Virus record (IMG/VR): IMGVR_UViG_3300037067_006113
Coordinates: 32,001 to 96,000 of that record
Length of the DNA stretch: 64,000 bases
Direction: 5' to 3' (one strand)
DNA from: a virus
Lineage: Duplodnaviria > Caudoviricetes
Below the pieces are notes generated by a model. It did no database searches. It was not told the DNA's origin and worked only from the letters and a program-made list of their open reading frames with translations. Of this stretch, positions 7,972-17,784 are shown in pieces. Position 1 is the stretch's first letter. Every line of letters begins with the position of its first letter. The position numbers and the translations under genes were made by a program.

Positions 7972-8646
7972 CTAATTTTCTGTTTTTTGCAATTTGTTTT
8001 TTAACTTATAGCGTCTTATCTTAATAAGAGCATTGCCAATGGCTAGTTTAGTCATACCAAAATGTTCGGACAATTCTTTATAGCTCATTCCTTTCTCTTT
8101 AAGTTCTAATATATTAGTATGTAGATTTAAAGTTTTATAATATAAACCTGGATTGTTATATCTAAATTTCCAATAATGTTTTTGACTGCAAAAAGAATGT
8201 TTACCATTTTTATATTTTCTATACCAATATGTATGAAATGGAGAATATTGTTTATTACAGTAACTACAAGTTAACATTCCTCGTCTTCGACTGGCGGCAG
8301 CTCTTTTTCTACAACGTTCAGAGCAATAAACCCACCTTCCGTTTGCATTATGGTTATATACTTTTTTACCACAAATTTTACATATAAATCTAAGTGCATT
8401 AAGTTTATTCTTTTTCTTTTCAATCATTTTTTTATGTATTTCCTCTTGTCTTCCGCTTGAATGACCTAGAACTTTTCTTACAATTTGTTCGGCTCTTTGT
8501 CTAGAAAAACCATATCTTTCTCCTATTTCCTCAAACCTCATTCCTTCATTAAATAGGTTGAATATTTCTATATCCCTTTTTGATATTATTTTTCTATTTT
8601 TCATATTATCGGCGACCCTTTCTTTTATCACTAGTTTTGATTTCAA
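7972..8646 (-). CDS. sigma region-4-like HTH and Zn-finger DNA-binding protein
   Basis: FEEIGERYGFSRQRAEQI; CxxC..YCSxxC; C-terminal second HTH. Confidence 0.7.
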   Translation of the reverse strand: MKSKLVIKERVADNMKNRKIISKRDIEIFNLFNEGMRFEEIGERYGFSRQRAEQIVRKVLGHSSGRQEEIHKKMIEKKKNKLNALRFICKICGKKVYNHNANGRWVYCSERCRKRAAASRRRGMLTCSYCNKQYSPFHTYWYRKYKNGKHSFCSQKHYWKFRYNNPGLYYKTLNLHTNILELKEKGMSYKELSEHFGMTKLAIGNALIKIRRYKLKNKLQKTEN

Positions 8647-9325
8647 TTACTCTGCACATTTCCATAATACGCGAAACAATCCTATCACCAAGTCTTTCTG
8701 ATAATTCGGATAAGGAATGATTACTAGTAATTATTGTTGGTTTCATATTTCCGTATCGTTCGTCAATTAATATATACATGGTTTCGGCTACCCACTCACT
8801 CGCTTTTTCAGCACCTAAATCGTCTAATACAAGAACTGGTAATTTAGCTAATCGATCAATAATAAGTTCGTTCTCGTATCCTTTACCGTCAAAATTTGCC
8901 TTAAGAGATAATAATAGTTTTGGTACTTTAACAAATTGCACACCTTCTACTTCCTGTGCAACCATAACTGCTAAATGTGTTTTACCAGTTCCAGCAGGTC
9001 CAAACAAATATAATCCTTTACCTTTATTTTTAATAAAGTCCAATATTGCCTCATATGCTTTTTTATTTCCGTCTTCAACTTTAAATTCAGGCAATTTCCA
9101 AAATCGTTCGTCTATACCAATATTAATAAATCGCTGAATTATTGATTTACATTCTTGGTGTATATCAGTTGCTACCCAATTATCAAATTCCCATTCTGGT
9201 TCGACTGGTTTATCACAAAAGGAACATTTATTCGGTTGTGGTTTTGGTACTTTAGATTGTTTATCTTTCAACAATGTCATCGTACTTTCCCTTTTCTGCT
9301 TGATCAGGGTGCTTATATCCTCCAT
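8606..9325 (-). CDS. DnaC/IstB-like AAA+ helicase loader
   Basis: GLYLFGPAGTGKTHLA, LVLDDLGAE, TIITSN, RIVSRI. Confidence 0.92.
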   Translation of the reverse strand: MEDISTLIKQKRESTMTLLKDKQSKVPKPQPNKCSFCDKPVEPEWEFDNWVATDIHQECKSIIQRFINIGIDERFWKLPEFKVEDGNKKAYEAILDFIKNKGKGLYLFGPAGTGKTHLAVMVAQEVEGVQFVKVPKLLLSLKANFDGKGYENELIIDRLAKLPVLVLDDLGAEKASEWVAETMYILIDERYGNMKPTIITSNHSLSELSERLGDRIVSRIMEMCRVIEIKTSDKRKGRR

Positions 9326-10037
9326 TGATACCTCCTTTGTTTTTTAAGTAATTTGCTTTAGCTATATCTAAATCGCGGAATTTTTCAAATCCCCGTATTA
9401 AAAAGTCATACAATGGCCATTTGTATTTAAAGAAATACTTTTCGTCATTAAGGATTTCTGCATAGTTATCAATGGTTGTTTTAATATCTTCAATTGAATA
9501 TCCTTCGGATAATCTCCCATTGATATGTTTCTCAATTCTTTCTCCTGTTGTACCAATTAAACTTTTGTGTTGAATAATATTTTTTGAATTCCAATGATCC
9601 AAAACCTGTATATATGTATCCTTTATATTATTATTATTTATACTATTATTATTTGGTAGGCGTTTTCGCCTAGTCTCACTTGGCGTTTTCGCCGAGTCAG
9701 AGTAGGTGTTTTCGCCTAGTCGGGTTTTCATCTTTCTGAATGTACCACCACTAGACTTAATAGTAAATTCAGCTTCAATTAAATCCTTATTTACAAGTGT
9801 GCTAACTGCTTTACTTATCCTATCAGAGTTTCTATCAAATATTTTTCCTAACTGCTGATTACTAAAATAAAACATTTCGTTACATGAGGTTGTATAATAT
9901 CTGACAAATCCATAAATCTTAGTTTCTAAATCACTCAATTTATATTTATTTTGAATGTATATATAAAACGGTATAAATTCGGGTGCATATATATTTGGTA
10001 GATTTTCCTGTACTTTTTCTATAACTATATCTTTCAT
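9261..10037 (-). CDS. phage replication initiator (lambda O-like organisation)
   Basis: N-terminal wHTH (FYFSNQQLGKIF), Asn-rich linker, directly upstream of the DnaC-like gene, internal repeats. Confidence 0.8.
   Translation of the reverse strand: MKDIVIEKVQENLPNIYAPEFIPFYIYIQNKYKLSDLETKIYGFVRYYTTSCNEMFYFSNQQLGKIFDRNSDRISKAVSTLVNKDLIEAEFTIKSSGGTFRKMKTRLGENTYSDSAKTPSETRRKRLPNNNSINNNNIKDTYIQVLDHWNSKNIIQHKSLIGTTGERIEKHINGRLSEGYSIEDIKTTIDNYAEILNDEKYFFKYKWPLYDFLIRGFEKFRDLDIAKANYLKNKGGINGGYKHPDQAEKGKYDDIVER
9657..9721. repeat. iteron-like direct repeats, probable replication origin
   Basis: GTTTTCGCC(T/G)AGTC at 9662, 9685 and 9708 (23-bp period) beside an AT-rich tract at about 9622-9655. Confidence 0.75.
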
Positions 10038-10366
10038 ATTTTTGTATTTAATGATTCTGCCTTTATCTTTTGTAGGATTTTTTCTACTTCAGATTCAGCA
10101 GTAATTTCAATAGACTTTATATCATTCTTATATTTAACAAATTGTAAATCGTAGCAAATTGGGCAATATTGGTCGGGATAGTCACCAAACTCATTAGGAT
10201 CGCTATGGTAACATTTGCTAAATGTTCCACTACATATGTGCCTACCACATCGAACGCACTTGGACATGTAACTACTTTCTTTACCACAAATATCACATAC
10301 ATATACTTCTTTTTCAACTTCTCTAGCTTTTTGTGCGGGTATAATTACTGTTTTTGTTTTAATCAT
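10034..10366 (-). CDS. Cys-rich Zn-binding hypothetical protein
   Basis: Three CxxC pairs. Confidence 0.7.
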   Translation of the reverse strand: MIKTKTVIIPAQKAREVEKEVYVCDICGKESSYMSKCVRCGRHICSGTFSKCYHSDPNEFGDYPDQYCPICYDLQFVKYKNDIKSIEITAESEVEKILQKIKAESLNTKI

Positions 10367-10372
10367 ATTTAA

Positions 10373-10451
10373 TATATGGGGCTTGCGTCTTATCCTCCAA
10401 ACATAGGAGTGGATAGATATTGGTTCGTTACCTACACCAAAACCCCATATA
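10373..10451 (-). promoter_or_regulatory. three-way-junction RNA structure in the intergenic leader
   Basis: TATATGGGGTT/AGCCCCATATA closing stem enclosing two hairpins. Confidence 0.45.
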
Positions 10452-10464
10452 GATTTAACTTAAA

Positions 10465-11331
10465 CTAATTAAACGGTATATCTTCAGTCGTTTCTTGGTT
10501 TTGTTTAGCTTTACTTTGTTGTTTAGGTGATCTCATGGATATAGTTCCATTTATATCAACATCATCAACATTATATCCTTTACAGTCTTTATTAGATCTC
10601 CAATTCGGACATGACCAGAAGATTCCACTTCCGTCTTTCCTTTGAAGTAAAGACATAGTTGCACCACAATTAGGACACTTAGGAGCAACTTGTGTAGGAT
10701 CCATACCATATTTAGCCATTAACTCTTGTTGAGTTGGATATTGGTTTCTTGGTGCACCACTAGATTGAGCAACTTGACTACGAGTTTGGTTTACAACTTG
10801 AGGTGTTAATTGTTTAACATGACCTTTTTTAATCCATTCAGTAATCATTTTTGCTACCATATCACTTGGAAATAACTGATTAAGTGCGTTACGTTGAGCT
10901 TTAGACATAGCCTTTGCTGACGCAAATCTGTCTTCAACTTCACCACCGCTTCTAGTTTTCATCATAGTATATCCGCGAGCCATACCCCATGAACCGATCT
11001 TTCTCAGTTTATCGTAAGCATATGCTGCGACATCAATAAAACCATCACCTGGAATAACTTTTAAATCCTCAGTTACTGTCATATCAGTAATTCCATTGCG
11101 ATTTAATTCCCACCAAACAGCTTTAGTCCCTTTCCAGCTCAATCCAGTAATATCTTTACCAGTGGCTCTATCAGGAAATGAATAAACAAATGTTTCCATA
11201 TCTTGGGGACTAAGTTTACCTTCTAGTTCGTCAATCATTTGAACCTCGTCAACCGAATCCATAGCCTCATAGGCTGTTAATTCAGTTACTTCAGTTTCAG
11301 GCGTTTCGACTTTATTTTCTTTATTTGACAT
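10465..11331 (-). CDS. putative ssDNA-annealing protein with C-terminal topoisomerase-type Zn ribbon
   Basis: AKAMSKAQRNAL helix; CPNCGATM..FWSCPNW..C; SSB-like DIPFN tail. Confidence 0.6.
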   Translation of the reverse strand: MSNKENKVETPETEVTELTAYEAMDSVDEVQMIDELEGKLSPQDMETFVYSFPDRATGKDITGLSWKGTKAVWWELNRNGITDMTVTEDLKVIPGDGFIDVAAYAYDKLRKIGSWGMARGYTMMKTRSGGEVEDRFASAKAMSKAQRNALNQLFPSDMVAKMITEWIKKGHVKQLTPQVVNQTRSQVAQSSGAPRNQYPTQQELMAKYGMDPTQVAPKCPNCGATMSLLQRKDGSGIFWSCPNWRSNKDCKGYNVDDVDINGTISMRSPKQQSKAKQNQETTEDIPFN

Positions 11332-11350
11332 AATTTCTTTTCACCACCTT

Positions 11351-12322
11351 TCAAACCTTAAATTTAGAGAAATCTATCTCATTATATTTATTAATTATCA
11401 AATCAATTATGGATTCAATTTTATTTAAAACATACATATAATATTCATGTGTTGCAGTTGGATCATTAATAGTTTTAGTAACTAATGGATCCTCTGAAAA
11501 GAACCTAAAGGAATCAAAGTTATATAATATATTTGCAGCAACCATTAATGGAAGTGAGTCCTTTTCGAGTAATGGTGTTATGCCACCAGACGATATATTG
11601 TCGATTGTTTTAGCAAAAAATCCTGCTGATACCAGTTTTTCTATAATCGTTTGGAATTTAGCACTTCCTTCATTAAATTGTTGAAAGTTAGATTGAGCAA
11701 GAAAATCAGATAAACTTTGTTCTTTGTTTGTTTCCATTCCAGGACAAGATCCTTTAGCGTCTTCTTGAAATATCCACGTATCTTTAGTTTCTTTGGTATC
11801 TTTATTTATTTCCTTAATTCTACCACACGGAAATAAACGACAGATTAATGGTCTATCTCTGTGAACTGCACATATCCAACGATCAATAGAAACTCCGTCA
11901 ATATGTTTTAATAAACTTTTTGGATCTATTTCATATTCTTTTTTAATTTCTTCTAATTGTTTGGGATCTTTAACAATTTCTTCAATTCTCGATATTACGC
12001 TTTCTATTTTCATAGCAGGTGACAAGAATGGACATTTACTTAGTTTTTCTGTATCCTGTTCAAAATTGAGAATAGCAACTGGTAGACCAGAAGAAGGACC
12101 AATATATATATCGACGAATTTATTTTGGATTATTTCTTGAGTAGTCATTCCTAGAGCATGTCTAAGACGAATCATATCATAGCTATTAATTAGAATATCG
12201 TTTTTGAAACAACATTTTCCACACATTGTACAGTCAAACTTAATCTTATCATTCATATTAATGGTTTTTTGTTTACCAGACTTAATGTCTTCTACAAGGT
12301 TTTTTTGCTCTTTTAAATTCAT
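11351..12322 (-). CDS. YkgJ/CxxCxxCC cysteine-cluster protein (large)
   Basis: FDCTMCGKCC, KCPFL, CAVHRDRPLICRLFP, CPG. Confidence 0.85.
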   Translation of the reverse strand: MNLKEQKNLVEDIKSGKQKTINMNDKIKFDCTMCGKCCFKNDILINSYDMIRLRHALGMTTQEIIQNKFVDIYIGPSSGLPVAILNFEQDTEKLSKCPFLSPAMKIESVISRIEEIVKDPKQLEEIKKEYEIDPKSLLKHIDGVSIDRWICAVHRDRPLICRLFPCGRIKEINKDTKETKDTWIFQEDAKGSCPGMETNKEQSLSDFLAQSNFQQFNEGSAKFQTIIEKLVSAGFFAKTIDNISSGGITPLLEKDSLPLMVAANILYNFDSFRFFSEDPLVTKTINDPTATHEYYMYVLNKIESIIDLIINKYNEIDFSKFKV

Positions 12323-12370
12323 AATTCTCCATTAATTTTCAATTAATTATATCATAAAGTAATTTAGACC

Positions 12371-12946
12371 TCAATGTCTTAATCCTTTAATTTGCAGAAT
12401 TTTACCAAATACAAAACCCATTCTTTCCATAATACTTAAAGGAACAGCTTTACAAACAGTTGTATATTTTGTTCCATCTGGCTTTTGGTTTATACTTTCA
12501 ATTGTTTTTAATGACCAAAAGTATGAGTTTATATCTTTCACCCACTCTTTTATCTTTTGAGCATATAGAAACCATATTCCTTTAGTTGGAAATAGATACG
12601 CTAATAATGTACTTTCCGAATCATATATCCAACCTTTTCTACCAGATTCTTTGTTACTTAAATACTCAATTAAAATGTCATCATAATCAACCCGTCTCAC
12701 TTTCTCGTCAATTATTTCCACATTACCATTATTAAAGTGTAAATGAACATCATGACCTTTATACTGTAATTCTTGGTTATTAATAACTTCTATTTTATTC
12801 AATCCTCTAAAGTACGTTTTATATAACGCATTGAACCTGTTTCGACTTCTTTCTTCAAAGTCTTTATCCTGTTTGTAATTGCGATATATCGGTAGCATTT
12901 TTGTCATTTCCCCATGTTGTCCACCCTTGACGTGTCGTTCTAGCAA
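12371..12946 (-). CDS. putative PD-(D/E)xK nuclease-fold protein (likely start 12907)
   Basis: LQYKGHDV..IDEKVR..IEYLSN..GW. Confidence 0.55.
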   Translation of the reverse strand: MLERHVKGGQHGEMTKMLPIYRNYKQDKDFEERSRNRFNALYKTYFRGLNKIEVINNQELQYKGHDVHLHFNNGNVEIIDEKVRRVDYDDILIEYLSNKESGRKGWIYDSESTLLAYLFPTKGIWFLYAQKIKEWVKDINSYFWSLKTIESINQKPDGTKYTTVCKAVPLSIMERMGFVFGKILQIKGLRH

Positions 12947-13859
12947 AAAGTTCTAAGTATTTACCATTCGGACATAGTCTTTCTATAAGTGAATAGTAAT
13001 AGTCTGGTTTCTTACTGTGGCTTGTTCTCTGTTCTCTATATACTGAACTTTCCCTAACTGATTCTGGTGGTGCGGGATATGTTCCTTTAACTCCAACTAA
13101 AAGTAACTCATGTTGTCCTCTTGCCCAATATCCCATTCCAATAATTTCTTTATCCCAAATCATATTAGTTTTGTATTCAAATCCCCATGATTCCATAACC
13201 TTTAAAGCCTCACGTAATTTTGGTGCTGTAGCCCATAAAAATAAAACTGCATTATCAGCAGAAGGAATCTGTAATTGCTCAATATCATTAACTTCCATTG
13301 TAGGATATTGATTTTCAATTTCTCTTTCAGCAGTTTCAGAAAAATCATATTTCCAAGGTGGATCAGCATAAATTACGTCAAACTCCCCATCTGGTAAATC
13401 GTTTGGTGACAATTGTCTTAAGTTATATTTATATTCTTTGACCATTTTTCTAATATCGCGAGTTGATAACTTATTCTTTTCAGCCAAATCTAATATTTTA
13501 TCTTGTTCTTCTGGGTCTAAATATGCTACTTCTGTATGATCTTTAAAATCTAAGTCATCACGCCGGCGTGACAACTCAATATGTGCAGCTACTGAAGCAA
13601 AGTTTCTAAGGGTTCCATATGCAAAATCGGTTTCATCCAATGCTTGGCTATACTTTTCCCCATATTTATTTTCGCCATAGTTAAGCCAATCCCCAAGCCA
13701 AAAACCAACTGATTTATTTATATGTCTTAAGAAGATTCCACAGTTTTCCCAATCTTCAAATGTCGGATTTCCTATTGGTTCTAAACCATTTTTAAGTAAC
13801 CTAAAACTCGAATATTCAATACTTTTATCTTTCGCTAATTTAGTAATATCATTAGTCAT
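12864..13859 (-). CDS. MT-A70 family N6-adenine methyltransferase with N-terminal extension
   Basis: VIYADPPW, LFLWAT, HELLLVG, HSKKP, LELFAR, GWTTWGN. Confidence 0.93.
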   Translation of the reverse strand: MTNDITKLAKDKSIEYSSFRLLKNGLEPIGNPTFEDWENCGIFLRHINKSVGFWLGDWLNYGENKYGEKYSQALDETDFAYGTLRNFASVAAHIELSRRRDDLDFKDHTEVAYLDPEEQDKILDLAEKNKLSTRDIRKMVKEYKYNLRQLSPNDLPDGEFDVIYADPPWKYDFSETAEREIENQYPTMEVNDIEQLQIPSADNAVLFLWATAPKLREALKVMESWGFEYKTNMIWDKEIIGMGYWARGQHELLLVGVKGTYPAPPESVRESSVYREQRTSHSKKPDYYYSLIERLCPNGKYLELFARTTRQGWTTWGNDKNATDISQLQTG

Positions 13860-13864
13860 ATCGA

Positions 13865-15022
13865 TTATTTCCTTTCTTTTATTAGACCTAATTTATTAAG
13901 AATGGTAAGAAGATTTTTAACCACAAAGTCAATCTCTTCTCTTGTTGTATAACGACTTAAAGATAACCTTAAACTACCTTTAATCCATTCCTCCTCTAAG
14001 TCCATAGCATCTAGTACATGAGATACTTCTATACTACTTGCTGTACATGCTGAACCAGAAGCCGAAGCGATACCTTTTTCTGATAATAGATTTACTATAT
14101 CTTCCCCATTCAAATCTTTAAATGCAAAAGAGGCTATATGTGGAACGCGTTGTGTTAGGTGACCAGTTAATATAACATTAGGAACTTGTGCCATACTATC
14201 AATTAATATATTTCTAAGTTCGGTGATTTTATCATTATGACTAAAGTCAATCATTTCAATAGCCTTACCAAGTCCTACTATGTAAGGCACATTTTCTGTA
14301 CCAGCTCGTAATCCAAATTCCTGACCACCACCGTCTTGCTGTCTACTCATTGGTGTTCCATATCGTACATACAAAGCACCTATACCTTTTGGTGCGTGTA
14401 TCTTATGTCCAGTAAAAGATAATAAATCAACACCAAGGTGATCAACATTACAATCTAAATATTGGATAGCCTGAGTAGCATCTACATGAAAATAAATTGG
14501 AGAGTGCGTTATATGATTTAACCTTGTGAGCATATCCCCTATTTCTTTTATTGGTTGGATTGTTCCTACCTCATTATTGACATACATTACTGACACTAAA
14601 ACCGTATTTGGTTTAATTGCCTCTTCAATATCTTTTACCTTGACCATTCCATATTTATCAACTGGAACATACGTAACTTCTGCATTAAGGTGTTTACACG
14701 TTTCTAATACAGCTTTATGCTCAATTTGAGTAGTTATTATATGTGGTTTTTCATACGGAGAAGTTATAGACTCTATTAAACCTTTGTGTGCTAAGTTGAT
14801 AGATTCGGTCGAACAGGAAGTAAATACGATTTCATAGGGTTTTGCACCTAAAAAATCAGCAATAATTTTCCTTGCATTCTCTATACCTACTTTAGCCTTA
14901 CGACCCCATGAATGTGGCTCGGAAGCATTACCATACTTTTCCATAAAATATGGTTTCATAGCATTAAATACTTTTTTATCTACTTGTGTAGTAGCCGCAT
15001 TATCTAGATAAACTTTTTTCAT
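13865..15022 (-). CDS. iscS: cysteine desulfurase (IscS/NifS group I)
   Basis: YLDNAATT, IEHKAV, NNEVGT, FTGHK (PLP Lys), SGSACT. Confidence 0.95.
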   Translation of the reverse strand: MKKVYLDNAATTQVDKKVFNAMKPYFMEKYGNASEPHSWGRKAKVGIENARKIIADFLGAKPYEIVFTSCSTESINLAHKGLIESITSPYEKPHIITTQIEHKAVLETCKHLNAEVTYVPVDKYGMVKVKDIEEAIKPNTVLVSVMYVNNEVGTIQPIKEIGDMLTRLNHITHSPIYFHVDATQAIQYLDCNVDHLGVDLLSFTGHKIHAPKGIGALYVRYGTPMSRQQDGGGQEFGLRAGTENVPYIVGLGKAIEMIDFSHNDKITELRNILIDSMAQVPNVILTGHLTQRVPHIASFAFKDLNGEDIVNLLSEKGIASASGSACTASSIEVSHVLDAMDLEEEWIKGSLRLSLSRYTTREEIDFVVKNLLTILNKLGLIKERK

Positions 15023-15425
15023 ATTTCTGGATTCTTTAAGTTCCTAATAGGAATTAGACTAATTTCCTGTAAGTCAAACTTTTTTATTATTAATGTTCCA
15101 TTCTTATCTATAGTTGACTCCTGAATAATCCCACCTATACCAAAGCAAAAATCAGGTGTAATAGGAATTGGACAATCTAAATTCATATATCCAATAGGTT
15201 TACCATCAAAGTTTTTGGTTACTGGTATTGTTTTATTCATGTTTGTTTTACCTTCTTATCATTTAAATACTGGAGTTCTTTCAATATTTCTAGTAGAACC
15301 ATCTGTTCAAACTCTTCTTTTGAGTTATTAACAAATACTAACTTAAGGAACTTTCTTTGAATGTGTTTCCAAGGAATTCTGTTTTTCTCGAAGCTTTCCT
15401 TTCTAGTCATTGGTTTAGTTATCAT
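15019..15425 (-). CDS. two small hypothetical genes (15019-15240, 15237-15425)
   Basis: ATGA-overlap coupled ORFs. Confidence 0.65.
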
Positions 15426-16147
15426 AACATAGCCTCCTGCAAATAGAACCTTTCTGCTGGCAATTCTACAGCAATTAAGTTAGTTCCTAATTTATTAGCA
15501 CAAACAGCGCCGTCTAATCCTATTTTGTTTTTCATTATAATTGGTTGGCCAAATTTACCCCACTGTGCCTTATAGGCAGGAGTATGACCAAATATAATCT
15601 TTTTACCCCAATCATAATCACTATTTATAAAGTCATCTCTAGCCCAAAGCATAGCATTTATATAAGTTTCATTTAATAAATGTTTTTCTATAGGTAATTT
15701 AGGTACTAATCCTCCATGCACAAATACATAATTATCATTCCAATATAGAAATTTAGTTTCTTTAAGTAGAAAATTTAAGTGATCTTCAGGAATTCCTTTT
15801 CTAACTGACTCTGATAAACCATATGATCTTAATGTATCTTTTCCGCCATTATAGAGAAAACAACTCCATTGAATATCCTCTTGATATTTCTGACCATAAT
15901 ATACCCAATTTTTTAAAATATCCTCGTGGTTGCCGTATAAGAATATCCAATGAGGATATTGCTTATGCCACTTAATTAATTGATCAACTACTTTATTGCT
16001 ATCAGGACCTCGATCCATATAATCACCCATAAATACAACTATATCCTTTTCAGGTTTTAATCCTGCCTTTAGCAGTTTTTTATATAGAGCCATTAATTCG
16101 CGATAACAACCGTGAATGTCACCTACCGACCACACTTTATCTATCAT
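15422..16147 (-). CDS. calcineurin-like metallophosphoesterase (lambda-PP-like)
   Basis: GDIHG, GDYMDRG, GNHE, FVHGG, FGHT. Confidence 0.93.
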   Translation of the reverse strand: MIDKVWSVGDIHGCYRELMALYKKLLKAGLKPEKDIVVFMGDYMDRGPDSNKVVDQLIKWHKQYPHWIFLYGNHEDILKNWVYYGQKYQEDIQWSCFLYNGGKDTLRSYGLSESVRKGIPEDHLNFLLKETKFLYWNDNYVFVHGGLVPKLPIEKHLLNETYINAMLWARDDFINSDYDWGKKIIFGHTPAYKAQWGKFGQPIIMKNKIGLDGAVCANKLGTNLIAVELPAERFYLQEAML

Positions 16148-16148
16148 A

Positions 16149-16370
16149 TTATTTTTCCTTTTTCCTAGACGATCTTATAGATTTAATCTTTGCACGAAGT
16201 AGCTTATTATCTTCAATTCGCATTTTATCAAGACAATTTGGCGCGAATTTCATAAAGGACATTAATCGTACTTTGTCTATTACGATTTCTTTATTATTTC
16301 TAAGATCAACAAGAGCAACTTTATGTCCACGAAGTTCCCACCTATAATCTAGAAGTTTTCTTACTAACAT
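16149..16370 (-). CDS. hypothetical protein
   Basis: AGGAGG SD. Confidence 0.7.
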   Translation of the reverse strand: MLVRKLLDYRWELRGHKVALVDLRNNKEIVIDKVRLMSFMKFAPNCLDKMRIEDNKLLRAKIKSIRSSRKKEK

Positions 16371-16414
16371 ATATGCCTCCTAACTGAGCTGAGTGTAAAT
16401 AATTACACACTTAA

Positions 16415-16507
16415 CTAATACTTCTTTTTTCTTTTAAGTCTTTCGCGTCGTTCTTCTCGTTTCTTTCGACGTACAGAAGCCGACATACCACCTTTTCTTT
16501 TACCCAT
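16415..16507 (-). CDS. 30-aa very basic peptide MGKRKGGMSASVRRKKREERRERLKRKKKY (not in ORF track)
   Basis: Hand translation; ATG just after the upstream stop; fills the operon gap. Confidence 0.6.
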   Translation of the reverse strand: MGKRKGGMSASVRRKKREERRERLKRKKKY

Positions 16508-16508
16508 A

Positions 16509-16661
16509 CTACCAGTGTTGTATCAAATAAATAACTATTACAAACGGAAACCAAATAGGAGAAAATATTACGATTAGTACTCCTATTACGAATATAAATG
16601 AACTAATAATTGCAACTACTGCTACTATTAATTCAACTAAACTTTTAATTATACTTTTCAT
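16509..16661 (-). CDS. 50-aa hydrophobic membrane peptide (not in ORF track)
   Basis: Hand translation MKSIIKSLVELIVAVVAIISSFIFVIGVLIVIFSPIWFPFVIVIYLIQHW; ATGA overlap with upstream gene. Confidence 0.55.
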   Translation of the reverse strand: MKSIIKSLVELIVAVVAIISSFIFVIGVLIVIFSPIWFPFVIVIYLIQHW

Positions 16662-17252
16662 TTAACAATTTCCTCATAAATAATAGGGTGATTTTTAGTA
16701 GTCATGTTTTTATCTAATACCAATACCATTGTTTTACATTCCCCTATATCACAAAAGGTCAGTTCAATTGTCAATAATTTTTTATCTTGTATCTTTTTTT
16801 CCTTGAAACATCCTGCACGTAGTGTCATTCCACCAAACCGACTAATTGTTCCTAATAGATTTGCTTCAACTTTTAAATCCATATTAAGTATTTCCTTGTC
16901 TCTTTTTGATATCTTCAATTACTTCTACAGTAACTGAACTTAACCCATATACTTTGAAACTATGATACCAACTCCAAATATGGAAAATACCACTTGGATA
17001 CTCACAATCTATACGTAATGATTGTGTCCCTGGTGCTACTGGTTCTCTATACATAAAATATATATCATCACAGAAAGCACAAATTTCCATATCTTGATTA
17101 GATTTAACTCCAACTACAGCAATTATTGTATATCCACTATCTTTATGTTTCTTCCTAGTCGGTACAATATATAAGGTATCGTAAACTGTTTCGTTATGAA
17201 AGAGATTTTTTATAACTGGTAAAGATAATAGATTTTTCTTATTAATATCCAT
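16658..17252 (-). CDS. two hypothetical genes (16658-16918, 16884-17252)
   Basis: Packed co-directional ORFs. Confidence 0.6.
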
Positions 17253-17253
17253 A

Positions 17254-17784
17254 TTACTTCTTAAATCTAATAGTTAATATTCTATCTTCTCTTTCTTTAG
17301 CACCTACTGGTATATTACCTGTTTCCTCGATATGTTTCTTAGCCTTTGTTATATCAAGACTTGGCTTAACTTCTTTTATAAATTCCTTACCAAGTATACT
17401 TAGAACAGCGTCAGGATCAATAATATCAATCTTTGTTTGTAATTTACTAACTGATACAGTAGCAATATCTGGTAATGATAATGTTTTACCTCCTTCAGGA
17501 GTTCTATCTACTGCTGGATCAATTAACATTGCCTTTTTAACTTCTTCTTTTATGTGTTGAATGGTACTTTCTTTAGATTCAATTACTTTATCAACGTCTT
17601 CAGTTATTTGCTGTCTATATGTCTTTAGTTTGATAACTTTATCCTCCATGAATTTGATAGCCCATAAGTATTTACGGTAAGCTATCAATCCTTTACCAGT
17701 TTCAATGGGTTCTACTTGAGGTTCTAGTTCAGAATCCATACCTACAAATTCGGATATAACTTCGTCATATTCTTGGTTTTCCAT
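17254..17784 (-). CDS. Mu Gam/Gp157-like coiled-coil protein
   Basis: Long N-terminal helix; GKTLSLP..TVSVSK; GNIPVGA..RF C-terminus. Confidence 0.6.
   Translation of the reverse strand: MENQEYDEVISEFVGMDSELEPQVEPIETGKGLIAYRKYLWAIKFMEDKVIKLKTYRQQITEDVDKVIESKESTIQHIKEEVKKAMLIDPAVDRTPEGGKTLSLPDIATVSVSKLQTKIDIIDPDAVLSILGKEFIKEVKPSLDITKAKKHIEETGNIPVGAKEREDRILTIRFKK

Noticed and set aside
13865-15022. IscS as DndA of a DNA phosphorothioation system
   Set aside because: No dndB-E or ssp-like genes recognisable in the window
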